A stretch of 63,952 nt of DNA, counting the filler, from Bacteroidales bacterium (GTDB lineage: Bacteria > Bacteroidota > Bacteroidia > Bacteroidales > CAIWKO01): NCBI GenBank assembly GCA_035389045.1. It is 3 parts of 3 records of this genome, joined end to end, with 100 filler letters (N's around TTAATTAATTAA, not from the genome) between each part and the next. Parts side by side here need not be neighbours in the genome. Positions count along the whole stretch, not along the records: positions 24,561 to 48,276 come from DAOORA010000069.1; positions 48,377 to 63,952 come from DAOORA010000085.1; 1 more part is not named here. One strand, given 5' to 3'. The notes below the pieces were generated by a model. The model was not told where the DNA came from, made no database searches, and saw only the letters and a list, made by a program, of their open reading frames with translations. Of the stretch, positions 43,801-51,301 are shown in pieces (positions within the stretch are counted from its first letter, which is position 1; each line of letters begins with the position of its first letter). Made by a program: the position numbers and the translations under genes.

Positions 43801-44009
43801 TATATGTTCAGTTGTCCGATGAACAGTATCTGAATCTCAGACTTACCGATATGCAGGGCAGGCAGGTTCTGGACGTCAGACGGCTGTTTACGGCAGGAGT
43901 TAATAAAATTGACCTGGATCCTGAAACTATAAAGTTGTCAAAGGGTATATACCTGCTTGAAATCAGCAATAAGGACAAGGTCAAAACAGAAAAGATTATT
44001 TATTACTGA
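40872..44009 (+). CDS. T9SS cargo: GHL10/DUF187 (YddW/DigH-like) glycoside hydrolase + Fn3 + shared module + CTD
   Basis: REMRCAWIATV, FFQVRP, HAWLNPYR, DGIHFDDYFYPY, PQLYW; VYPNPF CTD. Confidence 0.88.
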   Translation: MKKYFFIPVFSFVMFLVLLFLNTNSMGQEKTDFNVPVEQKASLPLAGSEADTGFGVFFKNNTQLTKQTTYLKREMRCAWIATVYNIDYPSTTGLSVNSLKNEFITLITQLKAAGINAVFFQVRPSCDAFYNSPYEPWSQWLSGTQGVAPSGGFDPLVYMIEESHKRGIEFHAWLNPYRAVVSTGSSSIASTHISITQPSWCVTYNTIKILNPGLPQVRNYVTMIVADIVRRYQVDGIHFDDYFYPYPQSGYTFNDDAAFAADPRGFTNKSDWRRDNVNLLVAMVNDSIKAIKPYVKFGIGPFGIWKNGVPPGITGLSSYDAIYCDPMAWLNDQSIDYVSPQLYWKIGTSQDFNTLADWWGTQADTQDRHCYAGIASYNLNPSGGNWAISDILNQINSTRAINYKVQGNVFYNASSIADNLKNFADSLSLSYNKYKCLLPTMPWLDSIAPLPPYDVTVSSTPVSVTINWQKPLPASDGDTANYFVIYRNTDGNVVNIADPKQILFISPDPVTTFTDSISITSFPGVAYAITSCDKLNNESSPVVAGPGMDNIAPSTLINVAGDWQTQSFTVNFTDADNSGGSGIEKRFYQVLDYNGSEWHANAHNGFFADNFDSLDTAVWNIPSGGGTWMTGGGNLVQTDTTVNNSNIYAYLNQMPSNRYIYHFNVRIDTAAFGTNMHRFGFHFFCDSGSFENRGNSYFIYFRQETSTLEFFKVVNNVFTPAKTVNNIITTFGQWYDIKVIYDRISGKIDVYRDNVLTGSWTDPSPHTTPGNYISFRTGNCKTYINDIMVFRSRYPAVTVSVGDSSICDIRYQNPDPLFPAAKIRSVVNDSAGNLSSISTFSLNIDWTPPHCVTVNDGNDIDIDTTSSLTTLSANWTASFDSNSGISKYLYAIGTSPGATDIAVWTGNGTNTSVTRSGLSLTDGQTCFFSVQAINGAELTSICSSDGILVNTTANLSENTLAPLILVYPNPFSKSLTIYVQLSDEQYLNLRLTDMQGRQVLDVRRLFTAGVNKIDLDPETIKLSKGIYLLEISNKDKVKTEKIIYY
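42516..43721 (+). repeat. ~1.2-kb duplicated coding module, copy 2
   Basis: See copy 1. Confidence 0.92.
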
Positions 44010-44453
44010 AAAAATTTTGAAAAGGTTTTTTGTAATAAAACTCTTTCGGCCTTGCAGCCGGTCAGTCCCGATACGTATATGTTCGCCATACATGCATTTG
44101 CCTGAATTTCATTGAATATGCACATTTTCAAGCTTTTGTCACCATCTTTTCCGAACTGGTACTTAAAAAAACATTGATAACTCCTCGGACAAAAAAACCA
44201 GCTCCAAACTTGTATGTTTATTAATAACATTTATATTTGTGGTAGAAATATTTCTTGACAATGGCATTTGTTTGTATGCGGGAAAACGGAACAAAATAAA
44301 AGAATACTAAAACAGTAGAAGGATGATGTATAAAGATTGTTTTATAGGAGGTACAAATGAGAGTGCCAATGTTTAAAGACGACAGATTATTATAAACTTT
44401 TAAATCTAACATAAAAGTGCGGTGTCAGCACTATAATCATTGACATCAATAAA

Positions 44454-45227
44454 ATGAAAACGCAATTACTTTTAATCGGTTTGTTTTTTTTACTTCACTT
44501 TGGAGCAAACGCACAATGTGGAACAGACCAAAGTCAACTATTAACGGACGCTGGCAGAAGTGCACGCAATCTCCCTGGTTATTATGAAGGGCAAACTTTT
44601 ACTGCAGGTGCTACCGGATTGCTTTGTGAAATTGATATGCTGATGTTTAATACTATGGCCGGCACAGGAACATTAAACATATATTCCGGAACCGGGATAA
44701 GCGGAACTGTATTGAATACGCAAATTGTAAATGTTAGTGTCCCTTCAATGACAAATGTATGGCAAAACTGGACAATTACCACACCTCCTGCTGTTACTGC
44801 CGGACAGGTTTACACTTTTCAGTTTATTCCTGCTCAGGGCGGTGGATTACCAGATCCTTATGGTGTAAATGTGCTGTCGAATGATGTATATTCGGGTGGG
44901 TATGACCTTGGGAATACAAATGGTGAATTGACGTTCAGGACGTATGTTGATGTAACCACCGGCACAAATGATATACATGGTCAGAATAATTATGTAGTTT
45001 ATCCAAATCCTTTTTCATTGCAAACAACGTTGCAGACAGACAAAATCCTCACTGACGCCACCGTGACTGTTTACAACTCATTCGGACAACAGGTAAAACA
45101 AATAATAAATATTTCGGGACAAACAATCACCTTATCCCGTGACAAATTATCAAGCGGAGTTTATTTTATCAGACTGATACAAGACAACTACATAATCATG
45201 ACAGATAAACTCGTGATCAAGGACTAA
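44454..45227 (+). CDS. small T9SS type A cargo protein
   Basis: Signal peptide (ANA/QC); VYPNPF...YNSFGQQV...GVYFIRL CTD. Confidence 0.85.
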   Translation: MKTQLLLIGLFFLLHFGANAQCGTDQSQLLTDAGRSARNLPGYYEGQTFTAGATGLLCEIDMLMFNTMAGTGTLNIYSGTGISGTVLNTQIVNVSVPSMTNVWQNWTITTPPAVTAGQVYTFQFIPAQGGGLPDPYGVNVLSNDVYSGGYDLGNTNGELTFRTYVDVTTGTNDIHGQNNYVVYPNPFSLQTTLQTDKILTDATVTVYNSFGQQVKQIINISGQTITLSRDKLSSGVYFIRLIQDNYIIMTDKLVIKD

Positions 45228-45642
45228 CAACATGGCACCGGCACAAGCAGCAAAACGTATCGAAAAGTGTAGAAACCATTTACAAATAAGCTAATTTGCA
45301 AAGTAAACCATTGTGAGAGGACTGAAAATGAAATATTGACAAGATAAAAAAGTCATTACCGACTGCCTGACAAACAGATAAGCCAACACTCCATTTTAAT
45401 CAGATATAGTCCTTCCAAAACCAACTCAAAGAAAAACTATTTCACATAAGCGGATTGACCGGACAAAAAAAACGCAGGATGTACTAAACCCGCCACATGC
45501 GTAAGCCACAAATCGTTTGAAGCAAAGGGGCACGAAAATTGCAATTAAAGCAAAATTCCAAAAAGATATTTTTAAATTTGACGTTGCTCTGATTTTAAAG
45601 ATATTGACAATTTCATGCGGGCAAATAATTAAAAAACACAAA

Positions 45643-46014
45643 ATGAAAACATTAATTATTACAATTGCATTGGTAATATACAGCCTGGCCGGTTTTTCAC
45701 AAGATAAAACCAAAACTATAAACACAGATACGTTAACATCAGTTGGAATAATCCACAAAAAACCGTTTGTCGACAAAATCGGCAATGAACATCCTGAACA
45801 TTTGGATTATTGGTTCAAGACCAATAATGATGATTTTTTTATTAAAATAGATAAAACTAAAATTATTACTGATTCTCTGGATAAGTATGTAAATAAACCG
45901 ATACAACTTAAATATATTTTTATTAAATGGGGAGAATGGGACTCTAGTGGTAAAGAACGTATTCCGGTTCAAAGCAGAGTAGGGTCTTATATTATTGTTC
46001 TTAAAGCTAACTAA
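45643..46014 (+). CDS. exported hypothetical protein
   Basis: MKTLIITIAL...GFS/Q signal peptide at ATG 45643. Confidence 0.7.
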   Translation: MKTLIITIALVIYSLAGFSQDKTKTINTDTLTSVGIIHKKPFVDKIGNEHPEHLDYWFKTNNDDFFIKIDKTKIITDSLDKYVNKPIQLKYIFIKWGEWDSSGKERIPVQSRVGSYIIVLKAN

Positions 46015-46287
46015 GATTTATTGCAGTTTGGATGACAGAAGCTTTGATTTACGCAAAAGAGAAAAAATAAAAGGAACATTTACGCTGCCAAAGCAAATGT
46101 TGTTAGCAATGACTATGGTTTAAAGTACGGAAATGGCAGAGCATAAATTATTCACAAAAGAAACTCAAATACAAGTGTATTTGGCTCACCCATATAGCTC
46201 GTTTTATCGGGGTGCATTTTAAAATAGCAACTGACTGATGACAAATAATGGACTTTAATATTAGTAAGAATTCTAAAAGATACAATA

Positions 46288-47193
46288 ATGAGATTTTTTT
46301 TAATAGTATTCGTAATTGGGTTATTAGTCCCGCCTCTTATTGCCCAAAATCAAGAAACTAAAGATTTTAATGGTTGGGAATTTCTGGAGTGGAAGTCAGA
46401 TAAGAAAGCCGTTGAGAAGCAATTGATCGACAAGGGTATTAAAATTCAGGAAACATTTTCAGATCCCGCTTATGATAAAATTATAAGATTTCAATATAAT
46501 GATTTGAAAACCAGGCTTGATTTTGATTCATTAAATCAGTTGTCCGGCATAAAACAATACAAGGAGTTCAGTGTTAATCAGGATAAAGAAGCCATCACTT
46601 GTTTTAATACGGTCACAAAAGCATTAATGGCAAAGTATGGCAAGCCATCTGTCCAAGGTAATGATACCGTAGGAAAAATCACTCATTTAATTTGGGATCT
46701 AAAGTTCACCGAAGTGCTTCTTGCCTACGATTACGGGTACAAAGTCATTGATGAGTTTGGAGGCGGCTCCTATAAAGTGAGCATTTACTTTAATCCGTTT
46801 GCACAAGCAGACACTTCAAAATATGCAATAATACCATATAATACTGCTTACGACAAACTTTTTAAAAATTGCGAACCGGCATTTTTGACTACCAGGGATT
46901 TAACATTAATAGAAGAAAATTTAAAAAAACATATAGGCACTTCCAATCTTGTTTTGCAAACAAAAGGGAAAGACAGCTTTGCACTTAATAATTATAAAAG
47001 ACAATACTTAGCTGTCGTCAATAAAAATGGGCAAAAAGAAGTTTGGGTTAATTGTTTTTGTAGGAATTGGAACAAAGACTGGCAAAAAGAAGTCTTTTTC
47101 GTAAAAAAGGAAATACCTTGTTATTTTAACCTGAAAATAAATTTGATCACAGGAACGGAAGATTTTAAATTTGACTTTGATGGAGAAAATTAG
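46288..47193 (+). CDS. exported two-domain hypothetical protein
   Basis: Signal peptide; 301-aa open frame. Confidence 0.75.
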   Translation: MRFFLIVFVIGLLVPPLIAQNQETKDFNGWEFLEWKSDKKAVEKQLIDKGIKIQETFSDPAYDKIIRFQYNDLKTRLDFDSLNQLSGIKQYKEFSVNQDKEAITCFNTVTKALMAKYGKPSVQGNDTVGKITHLIWDLKFTEVLLAYDYGYKVIDEFGGGSYKVSIYFNPFAQADTSKYAIIPYNTAYDKLFKNCEPAFLTTRDLTLIEENLKKHIGTSNLVLQTKGKDSFALNNYKRQYLAVVNKNGQKEVWVNCFCRNWNKDWQKEVFFVKKEIPCYFNLKINLITGTEDFKFDFDGEN

Positions 47194-47278
47194 AAGCAAA
47201 GTGCCAAAAAGATCATTCAAAAAGGTATAAAAGTTTATATTGAAAACAAAATATGTTTAATCGTCTAAATTGAAAAAT

Positions 47279-47374
47279 GAGTCCACTCCGAAAAGTATGA
47301 TTTTCTGCGACTTCCCTTTGGGATAAAGGGCAAAAAGTCGCAGGAAGAAAAACGGGATTTTTTGGAGAGGACTC
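47279..47374. mobile_element. 96-bp MITE, short variant
   Basis: TIRs GAGTCCACTCCGAAAAG / TTTTTTGGAGAGGACTC; internal TGCGACTT/AAGTCGCA stem; sister copy at 48758. Confidence 0.8.
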
Positions 47375-47393
47375 GAAATCAAAAATTTACATC

Positions 47394-47783
47394 ATGAAAA
47401 AAACATTCAGATTTTTATTTGTTTTTTGCGTAGCAATGATTTTTGACACACAAATTATTTTTGCCCAAACCACAAAGGCTGGTGCCATTGTTACAACTGT
47501 CGGGATTTTTGACGGTATCCTTCACAGCGATGTTCATGGCCAAAGAGAATCAGTGTATAAAATCAACGAATATGATATATATTCAAAAGATATCCCCAAA
47601 AGCAAGGCAGATTCATTAAAAGGGAAAAAAGTTCGTGTAACGGGTAAACTGGCATTGCTTTGTAAAACAATGGTCTCAGAAAATAGTAAGGGTGAAATAA
47701 TTCAAGAGCGGGGTCCGGATCATAAGTATATTTTCGAGCCAAAATTTTCAATAGTTAATCCTGAAACAGACAAGAAAAATTAG
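47394..47783 (+). CDS. exported hypothetical protein
   Basis: Signal peptide ending IFA/Q; LKGKKVRVTG resembles an OB-fold strand. Confidence 0.7.
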   Translation: MKKTFRFLFVFCVAMIFDTQIIFAQTTKAGAIVTTVGIFDGILHSDVHGQRESVYKINEYDIYSKDIPKSKADSLKGKKVRVTGKLALLCKTMVSENSKGEIIQERGPDHKYIFEPKFSIVNPETDKKN

Positions 47784-47960
47784 TAATTGGACAAAGATGA
47801 AAATCAATAAAGAGGAAGTACCCCAATTATCAGAACCATCATGAAATTATTGTGAACGACATTTTTTATATTGATTCCATTGTTGAAAGTGCTGATAATC
47901 TGTCCCCCTACTTTGTTTCCGGCGAAAATGGGATGATATTATCATCATATTATAATCACT

Positions 47961-48257
47961 TTGATACTGACAAAAGTCTTAAAGTATAATCTTAAGACTG
48001 GTGCAAAATTGTCAACACGATCAAAAGCGATAAAACCCCTTTTTCCGCCAGTCAACCAGGAAACAGCTTTGAAAATTGCACAAAAGGATGCAAAATCATC
48101 TTATAGGGATTTATCTGTCTATAATATTAGAGCAAAATATAAAGAAGGCAACTGGCATGTGGATTTTGATTTAAAAGATCCACAAATGCCTGGCGGAGGC
48201 CCTCATTACATCATTTGTGGTGAAACAGGAATTATATTAACCCAGATTACGCAATAG
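47961..48257 (+). CDS. small hypothetical protein (PepSY-like) whose 3' end is supplied by a repeat
   Basis: ALKIAQKDA...WHVDF...GGGPHYII..ETG; start uncertain. Confidence 0.6.
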   Translation: MILTKVLKYNLKTGAKLSTRSKAIKPLFPPVNQETALKIAQKDAKSSYRDLSVYNIRAKYKEGNWHVDFDLKDPQMPGGGPHYIICGETGIILTQITQ

Positions 48258-48276
48258 GAACGTAGTGGACTATTGA
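48239..48276 (+). repeat. AACCCAGATTACGCAATAG palindromic element, partial at contig end
   Basis: Close match to 9615-9651. Confidence 0.9.
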
Positions 48277-48376
48277 NNNNNNNNNNNNNNNNNNNNNNNN
48301 NNNNNNNNNNNNNNNNNNNNTTAATTAATTAANNNNNNNNNNNNNNNNNNNNNNNNNNNNNNNNNNNNNNNNNNNN
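48277..48376. other. artificial contig-join spacer
   Basis: N44-TTAATTAATTAA-N44. Confidence 0.97.
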
Positions 48377-48448
48377 ATTATAAAAACATTATTTACATAA
48401 TTTACTAACAATCAAATAGTTAATAACTCTCGTTTTTATATTCAATTC

Positions 48449-48485
48449 AACCCTTGATTCGCATAAGTTATGCGAATCAAGGGTT
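48449..48485. repeat. perfect 18-bp-arm palindrome AACCCTTGATTCGCATAA-G-TTATGCGAATCAAGGGTT
   Basis: Direct inspection. Confidence 0.9.
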
Positions 48486-48584
48486 AAAAATGTTTTTGCC
48501 ACAAAGTCACTTCCGATAGCTGTCGGAAGGCGCTAAGTCCGCAACATAGTGGTCCTTCGGACCCCGGCAGATCAAAACAATTAC

Positions 48585-49037
48585 TTATAGTTTCAGCTTC
48601 TTTGGATTTTGTCTATTGTCGAATATTGTAACAATTTGTATTGATTCCTGATAAATGTTATAATATATTGTTGTTTGTTTTGATAATACTGATCTGCGAA
48701 CATCAAGATGATTCGCTTTTGGAAATGAATCAAGCTGTGATTTTATTATTGAAATTTGAGCCCACTCCGAAAAGTATGATTGTTGAAAATCAGCTTTGCC
48801 CCAGTCCGCCAAATGGCGGAAGGCTGATTTTCTGCGACTTCCCTTTAGGGATTAAGGGCAAAAAGTCGCAGGATATGAAAAACGGGGCTTTTCAGAGTGG
48901 ACTCAAATTTGCTTTTCGAGATTGGTTGCAAATTTTTTTATTTCTTTTTCAGTGCAATTTTCTTCCACGTACTGGATAATCTTTTTTAAGTTTTTTACAG
49001 CCTCTTGTGACCAGATAACTTTAGAGATAATTTTCAT
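48585..49037 (-). pseudogene. RelE/ParE-family type II toxin interrupted by a MITE
   Basis: Removing 48758-48904 plus one AAATTT gives a 99-aa ORF MKIISKVIWSQEAVKNL...LEKQISIIK...TTIYY...IVTIFDNRQNP. Confidence 0.88.
48758..48904. mobile_element. 147-bp MITE, long variant, with AAATTT target-site duplication
   Basis: 17-bp TIRs matching 15/17; AAATTT at 48752-48757 and 48905-48910. Confidence 0.9.
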
Positions 49038-49242
49038 ACAGTTTCTTCACATCAGAATGATTAACAACCTTGTTTTCTGAAAGATCTTGCAGCCCTTTTT
49101 CAATCGAATTCCGTTCTGCCTGGCTTATTTCTGTCCACCAATCAAATTTTTCTGCAATACTTAAAAGCTTATCGATCATCTGAGTGTCGCGAAGATTCAT
49201 GATCCACTCCATTAGCTGATATTTCTTAGAATATATGTCCAT
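49021..49242 (-). CDS. putative antitoxin of the RelE/ParE module
   Basis: 73 aa; KYQLMEWI...DWWTEIS..ERNSIEKGL; overlaps the toxin start. Confidence 0.8.
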   Translation of the reverse strand: MDIYSKKYQLMEWIMNLRDTQMIDKLLSIAEKFDWWTEISQAERNSIEKGLQDLSENKVVNHSDVKKLYENYL

Positions 49243-49374
49243 TACTGCTCTTTTTACAAACATACAAAATTCTATTGGATAAGACTGAAAACCTAATAAA
49301 ATATCACCGCCTCAAATTAATAATTAGTATTTTTGTGCCAGACTTCTGACAAAGTACTGCAAACTCAAATTAGA

Positions 49375-51246
49375 ATGAAAAATAATAACGATAACACCAA
49401 ACTGTTCGAAGAATTTCCACCGGTACCCACCGGACTTTGGGAGGAAAAGATCATGGCCGACCTGAAAGGTGCCGATTATGAAAAAAAACTTATCTGGAAC
49501 ACTTTTGAAGGCATTAAAATAAAGCCGTATTACCGGGAAGAACACCTGAAAGATCTATCTTACCTGCAGGCATTACCCGGCGAATATCCTTATGTACGCG
49601 GTTATAAATCCGGGTCGAACCTGTGGCGCATCCGCGAAGAAATTATAGTGAAAGATGTGGCCAAAGCCAATGCCGATGCACTCAACGCGGTGGAAAGAGG
49701 CGCCACGGCTCTGACATTCATCGTGAAAGAACTGGCTTTCGCCGAAGAACTGGCAACCCTTCTCAAAGGTATCAACCCGGAAGAAACAGCCATACATTTC
49801 TTTTCTTCTTTTTCCTATTCGATACTTGCCGACCTGTTGATTGACTATGTGAAAAAATCAGGTTTCAAACCGGAAAAAGTCAAAGGTTCCTTCAACTTTG
49901 ATTCCATAGGATATTATTTATTGCACGGGGGATACTACAACAGCAAAGAGGACAATTTTAATGAAGCCGCCGCCCTCATTAAGCTGATGAAGACGGAACT
50001 TCCTCTTTTTAAAGTGCTGAATATCAATGGCGTTCATTTCTATAATGCCGGGGCTACGGCTGTCCAGGAATTAGCCTATGTGCTGGCTTCTGCCAACGAA
50101 TACCTGGCGCAGATGAGCGACCGCAATTCAGACATTGATGAAGTGTTGTCCGGGACACAACTCACCTTTGGCATTGGCTCCAACTACTTCATGGAAATTG
50201 CCAAACTGCGTGCTGCACGTATGTTATGGGCACGCATGGCCGAGCAGTACCATCCTGCCAGCCCCGATTCACTGAAAGTCGCCATACATGCTACAAGCGG
50301 TTACTGGAACAAATCAATATACGATCCCTATGTAAACCTTTTACGTCTTACTACCGAATGTATGTCTGCTGCTATCGGAGGCGCAAACGCCATTACCATA
50401 AAGCCATTCAATAATACCTATGCTGAAGCCGATGAGTTCAGCGCCCGCCTGGCAAGAAACATTCAGATCATCTTAAAAGAAGAAGCTTACCTGGATAAAG
50501 TTGTTGATCCCGCGGCCGGCTCTTATTATATTGAGGCACTGACGGATGAGATTGCTCAGATGGCCTGGAAGAAATTTCAGGACATCGAAGCTGCCGGTGG
50601 CATGATCAAAGTAATGGAATCGGGCAGTTTAAAACAGGAAATTGAAAAAACCGCCGCACAACGGAATATGGATATTGCCCTGCGAAAAATACCGATGCTC
50701 GGAACCAACATTTTTCCCAACCTGAAAGAAAATATGCTGGATGAGATAAAATTTTCGCATCAGCAGGACGAAAACAGTTATCTCAAAATTTACAGAGGGG
50801 CTGAGGCTTTTGAAGAACTCAGACTGTCGACAGAGAGATTTGTAAAACAGGGAAACAGCCGTCCGAAAGTCTTTCTGGCTACGTATGGCAACCTCGCCAT
50901 GCGCAAGGCAAGAGCCGGTTTTACCACCAATTTCTTTGGTTGTGCCGGTTATGAAATCACCGATGAATTTCTTGTTGATACTATCAACGCTGCTGTGGAT
51001 GAAATTACCAGTTCAAAAGCAGATATAGTGGTGATCTGCAGTTCCGACGAAGAATATGCTCAACAGGCAGGCGAACTGGTAAAAAACATCAAACAAAAGA
51101 ATCCAAAAATTATGGTAATTGTTGCAGGCTTCCCGAAAGAAATGCTTGATCAGCTCAAAGCTGATGGGGTGGATGATTTTATCCATGTCCGTGTTAATGT
51201 AGCTGAAACCCTGGCACGTTACAATAAGTTACTTGGAATTAATTAA
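49375..51246 (+). CDS. mutA: methylmalonyl-CoA mutase small subunit
   Basis: [29 protein letters not shown]; lacks the DxHxxG B12 motif. Confidence 0.93.
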   Translation: MKNNNDNTKLFEEFPPVPTGLWEEKIMADLKGADYEKKLIWNTFEGIKIKPYYREEHLKDLSYLQALPGEYPYVRGYKSGSNLWRIREEIIVKDVAKANADALNAVERGATALTFIVKELAFAEELATLLKGINPEETAIHFFSSFSYSILADLLIDYVKKSGFKPEKVKGSFNFDSIGYYLLHGGYYNSKEDNFNEAAALIKLMKTELPLFKVLNINGVHFYNAGATAVQELAYVLASANEYLAQMSDRNSDIDEVLSGTQLTFGIGSNYFMEIAKLRAARMLWARMAEQYHPASPDSLKVAIHATSGYWNKSIYDPYVNLLRLTTECMSAAIGGANAITIKPFNNTYAEADEFSARLARNIQIILKEEAYLDKVVDPAAGSYYIEALTDEIAQMAWKKFQDIEAAGGMIKVMESGSLKQEIEKTAAQRNMDIALRKIPMLGTNIFPNLKENMLDEIKFSHQQDENSYLKIYRGAEAFEELRLSTERFVKQGNSRPKVFLATYGNLAMRKARAGFTTNFFGCAGYEITDEFLVDTINAAVDEITSSKADIVVICSSDEEYAQQAGELVKNIKQKNPKIMVIVAGFPKEMLDQLKADGVDDFIHVRVNVAETLARYNKLLGIN

Positions 51247-51301
51247 TTACAGTAAGACTGAAGAAATTTCTGTTAATAGCTCACTCAAAACTTTTTCGTG
51301 T

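Noticed and set aside
48585..48979. ORFs 48585-48812 (-) and 48641-48979 (+) as independent genes
   Set aside because: The first is the toxin's 3' half with a MITE-derived start; the second is an antisense frame across the MITE.
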